A DNA stretch of 50,045 bases from positions 4,347 to 54,391 of the forward strand of contig JBHLLT010000018.1 of NCBI GenBank assembly GCA_048938855.1, written 5' to 3'. This DNA is from Promethearchaeota archaeon (GTDB lineage Archaea; Asgardarchaeota; Lokiarchaeia; Sigyniarchaeales; SOKP01). Each line of letters starts with the position of its first letter. The first letter of the stretch is position 1. The position numbers and the translations under genes are program-made. The notes below the pieces were generated by a model, which was given only the letters and a program-made list of their open reading frames with translations, did no database searches and had not been told where the DNA came from. Shown here piece after piece: positions 37,845-46,878 of the stretch.

Positions 37845-39035
37845 CTATCTTTCAATTGTTTTTTCTAAAAAAACACCAATAATAATTAAAAATACGCTTA
37901 TATATGGACCTATTATTCCAAATCCTAGTATGGATTGGCTCCTTTGGGTTACTTCTTCAAAATTTTGGCTATATTCATAATTCAAATTCAATATAAGTAA
38001 GCAAAATGTTATTACAAAGAAAATAATACTAGCTAAAATCTTTTCAAAATACCAAAATTTCTTGTAAAGTCCTCGAAATTCATTAATCTTTAATGCAAAA
38101 ATGAAAGTTAGGATGGTACAAATAATGAATATTCCTAAACATGTCATCAAGGAAAAATCAAATAGGATTGTTTGCTCAAATGTAAAATCATATGTAATCA
38201 CAGGCAATGCTTCAAAAGCAATTCTGATAAGGAATTTATACCCTAGTACCCATATACTCTCAAATCTAATATATCCCTCCATATATGTAGTATTAAATAT
38301 AAATACATTATAGTTGATGAGAGGTGTAAATAATGATACTATCATGATCACAAATGCTATAAAGTAAAGATAGTTACCAGATTTTTTATAAGATTTATCA
38401 AGAGCAATTCTTAGTCCAATAAGTGTAACACTAAGAAACAATCCATAAATCGCAAATCCTGGCGAAAAATAGCTCCAGAAACTATATCTTTGAATATTTG
38501 CACTTATATATACTGGTCTTAGAACAATATTTTCATCAGAAAATATTTCCATCATAACAATCCATGATAACACTAAAAAAACTAAAATAACTAATAATTT
38601 AATCCAGAGATTTTTGGATTTTTCATAGGTTGTTCTCTTCCTTTTTATTCGAATGGCTATGACTGAAAAAGTTATTCCAATTATTATGATTAGCAAAGTT
38701 AAGATCACAGATATAGATGTTAGTATCTGAGATAAATTCAGAAATTCCCCGTTCAAAGAAACACTTGAATATGTAAATGTAGCATAGAAATTCCAAATCC
38801 AAAGCATATCGATTGTAGATAAATTTCCAGATGGATATCTATACATTGATGTGTAAGCAGCGGGAAACAAAAGTGATATTAATATTAGTACTCCTGTGCT
38901 AAGAGGAATTAACCAATCATATTTTTTATCTAACTTAATTTTGCTATAATCTTTATAAATTTGGAAAGTAGTGAAATCCTCTTCATCTTCCAAATCAGTT
39001 TGAATCATGGCGCCCCAAATTAATTTTATGTTCAT
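37845..39035 (-). CDS. Membrane protein with an internal duplication (2 x 4 TM)
   Basis: Repeat 1 'ISLLFP..LWIWNF..PGFAIYGLFL' matches repeat 2 'VSLFTP..IWVLGY..LGFGIIGPYI'. Confidence 0.72.
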   Translation of the reverse strand: MNIKLIWGAMIQTDLEDEEDFTTFQIYKDYSKIKLDKKYDWLIPLSTGVLILISLLFPAAYTSMYRYPSGNLSTIDMLWIWNFYATFTYSSVSLNGEFLNLSQILTSISVILTLLIIIIGITFSVIAIRIKRKRTTYEKSKNLWIKLLVILVFLVLSWIVMMEIFSDENIVLRPVYISANIQRYSFWSYFSPGFAIYGLFLSVTLIGLRIALDKSYKKSGNYLYFIAFVIMIVSLFTPLINYNVFIFNTTYMEGYIRFESIWVLGYKFLIRIAFEALPVITYDFTFEQTILFDFSLMTCLGIFIICTILTFIFALKINEFRGLYKKFWYFEKILASIIFFVITFCLLILNLNYEYSQNFEEVTQRSQSILGFGIIGPYISVFLIIIGVFLEKTIER

Positions 39036-39129
39036 GATAAGATAGTTAAGACTCCTTATAAAACTATTTATCTAACTTCTCTCTTAATTTGTTATTTACT
39101 ATAAATTTTAATTGAAGATGAGCCAAACA

Positions 39130-39180
39130 TTTATATATGGAATTCAATATATATTTTTACAGTAAAAAATAGATTTTACT
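39130..39180 (+). promoter_or_regulatory. TATA box and downstream inverted-repeat operator of the ArsR-ARPP-1 pair
   Basis: TTTATATA at 39130-39137 preceded by BRE-like AGCCAAA; AGTAAAA-N6-TTTTACT at 39161-39180. Confidence 0.55.
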
Positions 39181-39219
39181 ATAAAAAAGTTTTTAAAATA
39201 TTTTTGGTAAATTTTAATT

Positions 39220-39627
39220 ATGACAAAGAAGAACGATAAGAAGAAAGAAAAAAAGAAACCAATTTTTGAGAAAGTTGGGCTTGTATTTAGAAGTCCTATT
39301 AGAGCGGATATCATGAGAGAACTTTCTCAGAATATACAGAGACCTCAAGAAATTTCGGATAAATTCGACCTTCCCAAACAAAACGTCAATTATCACTTAA
39401 ACGCATTGAAGAAAGGAGGTTTAATAAAGACACATACTGAAGAAGTAGAGGAACCTGAATTACCATCACAAAGAGGTATGAGATTTGATGGAAGAAGTGA
39501 GACTGGAAAACTCCAAATTTCTTACGGTGTAGAACTTACCAAAAATGGAAAAAAAATTGTAAATGAATTTATAGATCCTCTTTACGGAGAGGCCGAAAAT
39601 AAAAATAATGAAAAGGAGGAAGATTAA
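39220..39627 (+). CDS. ArsR-family winged-helix transcriptional regulator
   Basis: 'SPIRADIMREL...PQEISDKFDLPKQNVNYHLNALKKGGLI...LTKNG'. Confidence 0.88.
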   Translation: MTKKNDKKKEKKKPIFEKVGLVFRSPIRADIMRELSQNIQRPQEISDKFDLPKQNVNYHLNALKKGGLIKTHTEEVEEPELPSQRGMRFDGRSETGKLQISYGVELTKNGKKIVNEFIDPLYGEAENKNNEKEED

Positions 39628-39629
39628 GT

Positions 39630-40664
39630 TTGAAAAATGAAAATATACAAATTGTGAATTCTTTGTTTAAAAATCCTTTAAATTTTCTTAAATTAGATAC
39701 TCCTCAGACTTATGAAAACATGACAGTAATTCCTATTATTTTACAAGATGACAAATTTATTGATTTTATAAGTATAAAAGAAGCAGAAGAATTAGAGCTA
39801 ATTGAAATTATCGAAACTGATACTGTTAATCAGTTAGAAGTCATTAATAAAAGTGATAAACAGATTTTAATCCCTTTTGGGATGACCGTCCATGGAGGAA
39901 AGCAAGATAGAACTATTTGGGAGCCAATATTACTACCTGTCGGAGGAAAACAAAGTATTGTTAGTCAAAATCCTGGAATTCACCCACAAAAATATAACAT
40001 TCCTGCTAAATGTGTAGAACAATCAAGATGGAATTATAAAAAAGGGCGAGGATTTAAAACCTCAAATACGAGACTTCATCCCAATATTGCTTATGAGGCG
40101 ATTTCACCAGCAGGACAAGGAGGAGTATGGAATGAGATACAATCCCATAGAGCTGAAATGAACTATTCTCTTGCTGTAGCTCCTTCTCAAAGTTATCTTG
40201 AGATGACAAAAGAATCTGAAAAAAGAACTGAAGATTTTGTAAAAAATTTCAGTTTAGTACCCAATCAATGTGGAATCGCTGTATTTATCAATAGTGAATT
40301 TATAGGCATTGAATTTTATGCAAACTCTGACGTATGGGCGACTATGAATAATGATATTCTCAATGCGTTTTCTGTCGAAGCATTTAGATTTAAAAACAAA
40401 CCTCAACATGAAGTTCTTGAATTTCATGAAGAAATCATTAAAATGTTGGGATCTTTAAAGTTAAATTTCTCTTCTAGACAAGGAGTAGCCCTTGGAACTG
40501 TAGTAGATATTAAATCTAATAATAATAAATGGCGAGGAATAACATTAGTGCATAAGAAATCTTTCGTTCAATTCTACTTAGTTTCAAAAAGAGGAGGGTA
40601 TCAAGAGAAACCTCAATCGAATATTCAGTTTCAAACCATTATTAATCAACGGTATGAAATCTAA
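39630..40664 (+). CDS. ARPP-1/DUF6569-like domain protein
   Basis: 'NMTVIPI', 'TVNQLEVINKSDK.ILI..G..V.GGKQDR', 'CVEQSRW', 'QGGVW', 'QCGIAVFIN'. Confidence 0.72.
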   Translation: MKNENIQIVNSLFKNPLNFLKLDTPQTYENMTVIPIILQDDKFIDFISIKEAEELELIEIIETDTVNQLEVINKSDKQILIPFGMTVHGGKQDRTIWEPILLPVGGKQSIVSQNPGIHPQKYNIPAKCVEQSRWNYKKGRGFKTSNTRLHPNIAYEAISPAGQGGVWNEIQSHRAEMNYSLAVAPSQSYLEMTKESEKRTEDFVKNFSLVPNQCGIAVFINSEFIGIEFYANSDVWATMNNDILNAFSVEAFRFKNKPQHEVLEFHEEIIKMLGSLKLNFSSRQGVALGTVVDIKSNNNKWRGITLVHKKSFVQFYLVSKRGGYQEKPQSNIQFQTIINQRYEI

Positions 40665-40777
40665 ATTATAATTATTAATCTAAACTTTTTTTTTTCTTAT
40701 AACTATTATTTTAAAATTAGACGGAAATCATATCATAATTGAAATTCTTCAGGCATCTAAAAAGCAAAAAAAATGTC

Positions 40778-41515
40778 TTATATGATTTCTTGTTCGTTTT
40801 CTTCAGTATTTTCCGATTTATCTTCTTTAGTATTTTCCGATTTATCTTCTTCAGTATTTTCCAAATTATCTTCTTCAGTATTTTCCAATTTATCTTCTTC
40901 AGTATTTTCCAATTTATCTTCTTCAGTATATTCCAATTTATCTTCTTCAGTATATTCCAATTTATCTTCTTCAGTATTTTCTGATTTATCTTTTGTTGAG
41001 TTAATCTGATCGATATAATTTGCATAATATTCATTAATAAAATCGAATTTGAGAGAATGTTTATCTTTATCTAAGTTAATAATCAAATAATCATTGAAAT
41101 TCACTTTTTTTTTCATTTTTGCTCTATGTCGAACAATCGGTAAAATTAACGATACAAGAAACAAACCAATGCTAAGGAAAATTGATAATGTTATAGTGTA
41201 TAGAATAATGCTAACAATAAATCCAATTAAAGACGAGATCAAGATTAACTTACCGCTTTTACTGGCAATTCCCGTTTTCATATTGATTTTTTTATAGCAA
41301 TCTTCGCAGATTGGTATATTCATAATGTAATCTTCTTTATATTCACTCGTGGGTACAAAAGTACCAAAAAATATTTTTTTTAATTGGTTTTCTGTATTAG
41401 TTCCGCATATAACACAAATTTTTGGAAAAAGGATATCTTGAGTTACTTGAAATTCAAGAGTTTTGCGTGTAGATTCTTGACTTTTTGATTTTTTAATTGC
41501 ATTTCCATATGACAT
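40778..41515 (-). CDS. 2-TM protein with a split zinc finger (CVIC...CEDC) and an acidic repeat tail
   Basis: CxxC pairs, two TMs and a C-terminal 8-aa repeat; abuts the stop of the caspase-like gene. Confidence 0.78.
   Translation of the reverse strand: MSYGNAIKKSKSQESTRKTLEFQVTQDILFPKICVICGTNTENQLKKIFFGTFVPTSEYKEDYIMNIPICEDCYKKINMKTGIASKSGKLILISSLIGFIVSIILYTITLSIFLSIGLFLVSLILPIVRHRAKMKKKVNFNDYLIINLDKDKHSLKFDFINEYYANYIDQINSTKDKSENTEEDKLEYTEEDKLEYTEEDKLENTEEDKLENTEEDNLENTEEDKSENTKEDKSENTEENEQEII
40799..40990 (-). repeat. Coding tandem repeat, 8 x 24 bp
   Basis: Unit on the plus strand is approximately TTTATCTTCTTCAGTATTTTCCAA; it encodes D[KN][SL]E[NY]T[EK]E x8. Confidence 0.95.
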
Positions 41516-44479
41516 TTATATTACCCTCCCACAATTATAGCAATATTTTGCCGTATTTTGATTTAAACTTCCACACCAACTACATTTCTTTTTAGGTATA
41601 GGTTCTTGTTGTGTACTTGAACTAGATGGGCCAGCAGCACGATTTAATGAATCTAGAAGTATATTCTTTATTCTACTATTCATTGGCTCGGGTACGCCTA
41701 ACATTAATGCAGTGATCATATAATCAAATGCTTTCTTAAAATCTCCTCTATTTATGAGATCAAATGCCATATTTGCTATAAGTAGAGTTTTTCTTCCTTC
41801 TTCAGAATAAGGTGTTTTTGGAGGAGGCATGCCATATAAAATGGAATCCCTTATTCTATTGAGATCTGCTTGACCTATTGGAGTGCTTGGTTGAGTTGGT
41901 GGCGTATATATTGGCCTAGAAGGAGTATAACTAGGTCTATAAGCATATGGAGATATTTTTGGCTTAGGTTTGGCAGTCTTTCTTACACTTAGAATATTGT
42001 AAGACTCTTGGTCTCCTAAGATTGGGAATTTTTCTATTACTCTTTTTTCATCCTTCTTACGTCTTTCTTTAATAACTTGAGTATATACAGCAAAAGATCC
42101 TGCACTTACAATTACTACTCCACCTATTATGTTTAAAAAAACTGTTGTTAAAGAGATTCTTGGGTCTAAGGGATTAGTACCCCAAGCTATTTCAAGCCCA
42201 TCTGAATATCCATCTCCATCAGTATCCGGATTTAAAGGATCTGTTGAATAAGTATTTACTTCCATTCCATCATTTAGTCCATCATTATCAGTATCAGCAT
42301 CGATTGGATTTGTAGTTTGAATGTATTCCTCTATGTTATCAAGTCCATCATTATCCTCATCATCATAAGCATCATTTCCCATAATCTCCAAACCATACGT
42401 ATATTCCCAGAAATCAGGCAAAAAATCATTATCAGAATCAGTATCATCAGCATAGGAACCCAATTGACATTCAAGAAGATTATTCAAACCATCGTTATCA
42501 TAATCTAAGTTAGAATCATCAACAAAAACGTTTAATTCGTGATCATATTCATACCCATCAGGCATGTTGTCATTATCTGTATCCGGATCATTCGCATAAC
42601 AACCTAATTGACATTCTAGAAGATTATTCAAACCATCATGATCATAATCTAAATTTGAATCATTACTAAATGGATCAAGATTATTATTAACTTCATAGCC
42701 ATCACCCATACTATCCCCATCTGTATCTGGATTTGTTGCATTTGTTAAGTAAGTTATTATTTCTTCATAATCTGTCAGTTGGTCGTCATCAGTATCTTCA
42801 TCCCTCGCATCAGTAAAGTAAATTAATAATTCCTCATTATCTAATAAACCGTCATTGTCTGTGTCATTTGAGGAAGGATCTAGACCTAAATTATACTCAT
42901 ATCCATCAGAAAGTCCATCATTATCCGAGTCAGTTTTCCCTGGATCTGAACCCAGCATTATTTCTAACGCGTCATCTAAAGAATCAGAGTCAGTATCCTC
43001 TGAGTATGTTCCATTCAACATTATAATCTTATTACCACGAATTTTTGCATAAATTCCATAGCCTGTTAGACCTGAAAAACCATCTAATTGAAGAACCCCT
43101 GAATAATTACCAAAACCTGTATCGGATGTTGGTGTAAGGGTTAAATCTGAGACAGTATAATTCATGCCTTGTGAGTTGTTACATACAACTAATTTTAAGT
43201 CCTCGATAGATCCAGTTCCATACATGTTGAAAGAATAAGTTAGCAAATTCCCAGATGGAACTAATGAAAGAGCTCCAAAAGCAGTACTTAAAACGGATTC
43301 TCCAGATATACCGTCATACTCTTGAGGGTGGTGTGTATAACCTAAGGATCCTGAATAGGATACAACATTTGAATATGCATAATCATAACATTCTTCCATT
43401 GATCTAACTCCATCTCCATTTGTGTCTGTTGCTGAATTTATTGATTCAAGAAAATAATTTGTAAAAACACCATGTTGTAGAGTAGGATCTTCTAAGCTAA
43501 ATTCTTCATCAGCACATGCAGTCATAATATACCTACCAATATCTTGGACTTCAGGAATAATTCCCCCCGAATTACAAGAATCTGTTATAACGTATTTCTC
43601 AGCAGCATTCATTGCATCTAACTTTGTATTAATAAGAGAATCCAGATAATAATTACTTGGAGAAGATGGGATTGAATCATAGGAGCATAAGTAATGTGTA
43701 CCATCATAAGTCATTACTTCATACCGGTCTATACTGAATCCCCACTTCGTAACAGAATAATCAGTAATCATTCTAATATAGATTTTGTTGTCGCTAAGAA
43801 GTGGAATCCAACCGGACCAAAAACCATTACTGTATCCGGAATAACCTTCATAAACATAATCATAGACTATGTCACTATCTCCCAAGTATACCCAATCATA
43901 ATTACCCTCTGTATCAAAATGATCAAAATAGACTCTCATATAGGCAGCATTGGGATGGTAAATACTCCACGTGTGGTCATAGTAATTAGAATATGGATGT
44001 GGAGAATCTACATCATAAAAATGTGTCCCATCATTTACTATATTAGCCCCCCCATGTCCAGAATAATAAAAGAAAAATACATCATTTTGAGTTATTTGAG
44101 AGTTAATTGTATTAAAAGCGGCATTAATTTGAGCTTTAGTAGCGCTTGAATCCTGTAGATAAATGATATTATCAGATTCAAAATTATACTCATTTATCAG
44201 CATAGAATATACATCTTGAGCGTCATCATCGCAATATGTTAAATCATAATCAGATTCAGGGTAATCAGAAATTCCAATAACGATAGCATATGCATTTTTG
44301 GCTGTTAGTGGAGCAGAAGTCTCAAACTTCTCATATGGTATTTTAAGATCATCATAATCACATTCTAAAGGTTCATTGGCTTCGAAGCTATTAGGATTCG
44401 AGGTATAGATAGTGATTGTGAAAACGCAACTCCCTAAAAACGTCAGCACAAAAATTATCAGATATTTTTTATTTCTCAT
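41516..44479 (-). CDS. Membrane-anchored caspase-like (peptidase C14) protein with CUB-like insert, Ca-binding DxDxDG repeats, TM and C-terminal zinc ribbon
   Basis: 'AYAIVIGISDY', 'CDDDA', 'FYYSGHG' (His), 'TDSCNSG' (Cys), 'HGVFT'; CUB-like 'SPHPYSN..W.I...RVYFDHFDTEGNYDWVYL'; many DTDxDGLxD repeats; CSWC...CYNC. Confidence 0.85.
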   Translation of the reverse strand: MRNKKYLIIFVLTFLGSCVFTITIYTSNPNSFEANEPLECDYDDLKIPYEKFETSAPLTAKNAYAIVIGISDYPESDYDLTYCDDDAQDVYSMLINEYNFESDNIIYLQDSSATKAQINAAFNTINSQITQNDVFFFYYSGHGGANIVNDGTHFYDVDSPHPYSNYYDHTWSIYHPNAAYMRVYFDHFDTEGNYDWVYLGDSDIVYDYVYEGYSGYSNGFWSGWIPLLSDNKIYIRMITDYSVTKWGFSIDRYEVMTYDGTHYLCSYDSIPSSPSNYYLDSLINTKLDAMNAAEKYVITDSCNSGGIIPEVQDIGRYIMTACADEEFSLEDPTLQHGVFTNYFLESINSATDTNGDGVRSMEECYDYAYSNVVSYSGSLGYTHHPQEYDGISGESVLSTAFGALSLVPSGNLLTYSFNMYGTGSIEDLKLVVCNNSQGMNYTVSDLTLTPTSDTGFGNYSGVLQLDGFSGLTGYGIYAKIRGNKIIMLNGTYSEDTDSDSLDDALEIMLGSDPGKTDSDNDGLSDGYEYNLGLDPSSNDTDNDGLLDNEELLIYFTDARDEDTDDDQLTDYEEIITYLTNATNPDTDGDSMGDGYEVNNNLDPFSNDSNLDYDHDGLNNLLECQLGCYANDPDTDNDNMPDGYEYDHELNVFVDDSNLDYDNDGLNNLLECQLGSYADDTDSDNDFLPDFWEYTYGLEIMGNDAYDDEDNDGLDNIEEYIQTTNPIDADTDNDGLNDGMEVNTYSTDPLNPDTDGDGYSDGLEIAWGTNPLDPRISLTTVFLNIIGGVVIVSAGSFAVYTQVIKERRKKDEKRVIEKFPILGDQESYNILSVRKTAKPKPKISPYAYRPSYTPSRPIYTPPTQPSTPIGQADLNRIRDSILYGMPPPKTPYSEEGRKTLLIANMAFDLINRGDFKKAFDYMITALMLGVPEPMNSRIKNILLDSLNRAAGPSSSSTQQEPIPKKKCSWCGSLNQNTAKYCYNCGRVI

Positions 44480-44910
44480 AGTCTCATACCCTTATCTTTT
44501 GGATAGTAAATTGATGTTCGGATTTTTGATTTTATCAAAATTTTTGTATAATAACAAATGGTAATTACTATTATATAAAATCTTTGATGGGATAAAACAA
44601 AATTATGCATTGCAAATTAGTTAAACATTTAATAATCTCATGGATTATCTTGCTAAATCTATAATTCGAATTTTATCCCCAGATCAAAGAATTTAGCTGA
44701 TATAAATTTTTATTTTCAAAGTAAAATTTGCTTTTGTGGTAAAAAAATCAATTTTTCGTTATAATAGAACAGAATCATAAAAGTTCTAAAAACTATAAAA
44801 ATTTTGAATTTTTTATTTATGTGCGTGGATACAAATGAACTATTTAAAAGAAATGTTATTAAAAACTTCCTTTCAATTCATGATTAAGAATATAGGGTTA
44901 AAAAATATCA

Positions 44911-46281
44911 ATGGTTTATTTTCAGATTAGTCCTGTTGGATTTGACTGTGGAACGGATAAAAATAATTGTGAAAGATATCCAGATTTCTGTAAAGAGTGT
45001 GTTAAAGCTCAACTTGAAAAACTTGGTCTAAATCTTGATTATAATTTGAAATTTACAATTATAGATTCAGAAGAAAAACGGATTCATATGTTCCAAGACA
45101 TAATATGGCAAAAATTCTTGGATCTTTTGAATATTAAACATATACTATTAATGGCCAAAGAATCTGGATTGGCAATCGTAGATTATCCAATTTCTGGTGC
45201 TGGAGTAAACACACAATTACTAACTGGATTTATTCAGGCAAATGTCTCGTTTTCAGAAACAAGTCTTGCAGATAATGGCAATAACAATGGATTGAATCAA
45301 CAATTCTATGAATTTCAATATGATGCGTTTAATATCTTGCTTAAAAATGGAGAATTTATTAGAATTTGTTTAGTTTTGGATCATAAATGCTCTGCTAGTC
45401 TAAAATCACTAGCAACTGACTTTTTAAATGATTATGAGAGTAAATATTTAGACAAAATTAGAGATCATATACAAAAAGGAAAGATGAAATTTGATGATAC
45501 AAAAGATTTTATTATCGATACTTTTAACATTAAATTAGTTTTTCCTATGGTTTTAACCCACCAGTTATTACCAGATGAAATTGAGCTAATTAAAAGGAAT
45601 CCTATTCAAAAAGCAATAATAGATTTCGCAGAAAAATTACTTGCTTCAAAAACATTCTTTTTTATCATTAATCTAATTGATGAAGTAAATAAAATTGTAC
45701 ATATAGATGCGAATAAGATACTTTATGAGATCTACCAACTTATAGAGAAAAAAATCATTCTTCCAACAACGATTGAAATTGCTGAAGATAAATTAAATAA
45801 TTTCCAAGAATCACGAGCAGTCAGGTTGGCTAATAATGAATTAATTTCTTCAATAACTGCAAATAACGAAGCTTTAGACGAATTAAAGGAAAGAGCGAAA
45901 CATATGGATGAAGAAGAAGTTAATACTTCTATAAATTCCTTTATACGTAAAGCTGAAACTGCCGAAAAAGGGTTAGCTTACAAAGAAGCGCAAAAAGAAT
46001 ATGAAAAGGCTTTATACTTGGCATCCGGCTTTGATTATACAGAAGAAGTTGGGAGAATATCCTTTATGATTTTAGAACTTGATAAAAAGATTAAAGAATT
46101 GGACTTAGAATATGCTTTAAAAATGGGAGATAAAGCTGAGAAAAGGAAGGATTTTATCACAGCAATTAACTATTATAAACAAAGTTTGAAAATACTGGAA
46201 GATGTTCAAGAATTTAATGGAAATGAGTCTCGAATCAAAAAATTAAAGAAAAAGATTACAAACCTTCAAAAGAGTTTATAA
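44911..46281 (+). CDS. Soluble protein: N-terminal Cys cluster, longin/roadblock-like domain, TPR-like helical C-terminus
   Basis: C-x6-C-x6-C-x2-C; 'MAKESGLAI...LLTGFIQAN..F'; 'EAQKEYEKAL' and 'AINYYKQSL'. Confidence 0.7.
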   Translation: MVYFQISPVGFDCGTDKNNCERYPDFCKECVKAQLEKLGLNLDYNLKFTIIDSEEKRIHMFQDIIWQKFLDLLNIKHILLMAKESGLAIVDYPISGAGVNTQLLTGFIQANVSFSETSLADNGNNNGLNQQFYEFQYDAFNILLKNGEFIRICLVLDHKCSASLKSLATDFLNDYESKYLDKIRDHIQKGKMKFDDTKDFIIDTFNIKLVFPMVLTHQLLPDEIELIKRNPIQKAIIDFAEKLLASKTFFFIINLIDEVNKIVHIDANKILYEIYQLIEKKIILPTTIEIAEDKLNNFQESRAVRLANNELISSITANNEALDELKERAKHMDEEEVNTSINSFIRKAETAEKGLAYKEAQKEYEKALYLASGFDYTEEVGRISFMILELDKKIKELDLEYALKMGDKAEKRKDFITAINYYKQSLKILEDVQEFNGNESRIKKLKKKITNLQKSL

Positions 46282-46299
46282 TAGTTTGCTATAATATTT

Positions 46300-46878
46300 T
46301 TATAATTTAAGACCTTCATTAAATGCCTTAATGTTTAATTCTAACGTCATCCCTGAGAAATTAATTGCTAAAGATTTCTCAATATCTTTTTTATTTATAG
46401 ATAAAAATTTTAAAATGTATCCCAATAAAACACTATTCATAGTTTTTATATTTTCAGTGTGTTTTAAAGCGATATCATTTAAGGGGATGACATAAATATA
46501 ATCTGAAATTTTATAAATTTCATTTAAAATATAGTCAACAGAAGGATACTTAACGCCAAGAATTTGCTTTTCATAGGAAGATATTATGATTTTAGTAGTT
46601 TTATTTGGCTTGGCGTATTTTAATGCATTTAAAATACAACTTTCTTCTAATGCTATTATCATGTCTGCTGTTCCTATCATTGGTATAGGAGAACTTAAAG
46701 ATTTTCCAAATCGTATGAAACATATAACTTTCCCACCTCTCTGACTCAGACCATGAGTCTCAGAAGTTATTACTTCATACCCATTTATCATTATTGCATT
46801 TCCAAGAATTTGAAGCAATTTTATTAAACCTTGTCCACCTAAACCACTAATAACAATAGTATAATTATTTGAACTCAT
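46300..46878 (-). CDS. iorB: Indolepyruvate:ferredoxin oxidoreductase beta subunit
   Basis: 'GLGGQG', 'SETHGLSQRGG', 'NSVLLG', 'NIKAF..G'; 4-nt overlap with iorA. Confidence 0.93.
   Translation of the reverse strand: MSSNNYTIVISGLGGQGLIKLLQILGNAIMINGYEVITSETHGLSQRGGKVICFIRFGKSLSSPIPMIGTADMIIALEESCILNALKYAKPNKTTKIIISSYEKQILGVKYPSVDYILNEIYKISDYIYVIPLNDIALKHTENIKTMNSVLLGYILKFLSINKKDIEKSLAINFSGMTLELNIKAFNEGLKL

Noticed and set aside
40799-40990. Regular repeat as a possible CRISPR array
   Set aside because: Head-to-tail 24-bp units with no spacers, in frame within a CDS, and no cas genes in the window.
40717-41034. ORFs 40717..41034 (-), 40739..40984 (+) and 40773..41009 (+)
   Set aside because: Stop-free alternative frames created by the 24-bp repeat; they overlap the better-supported 40778..41515 gene.
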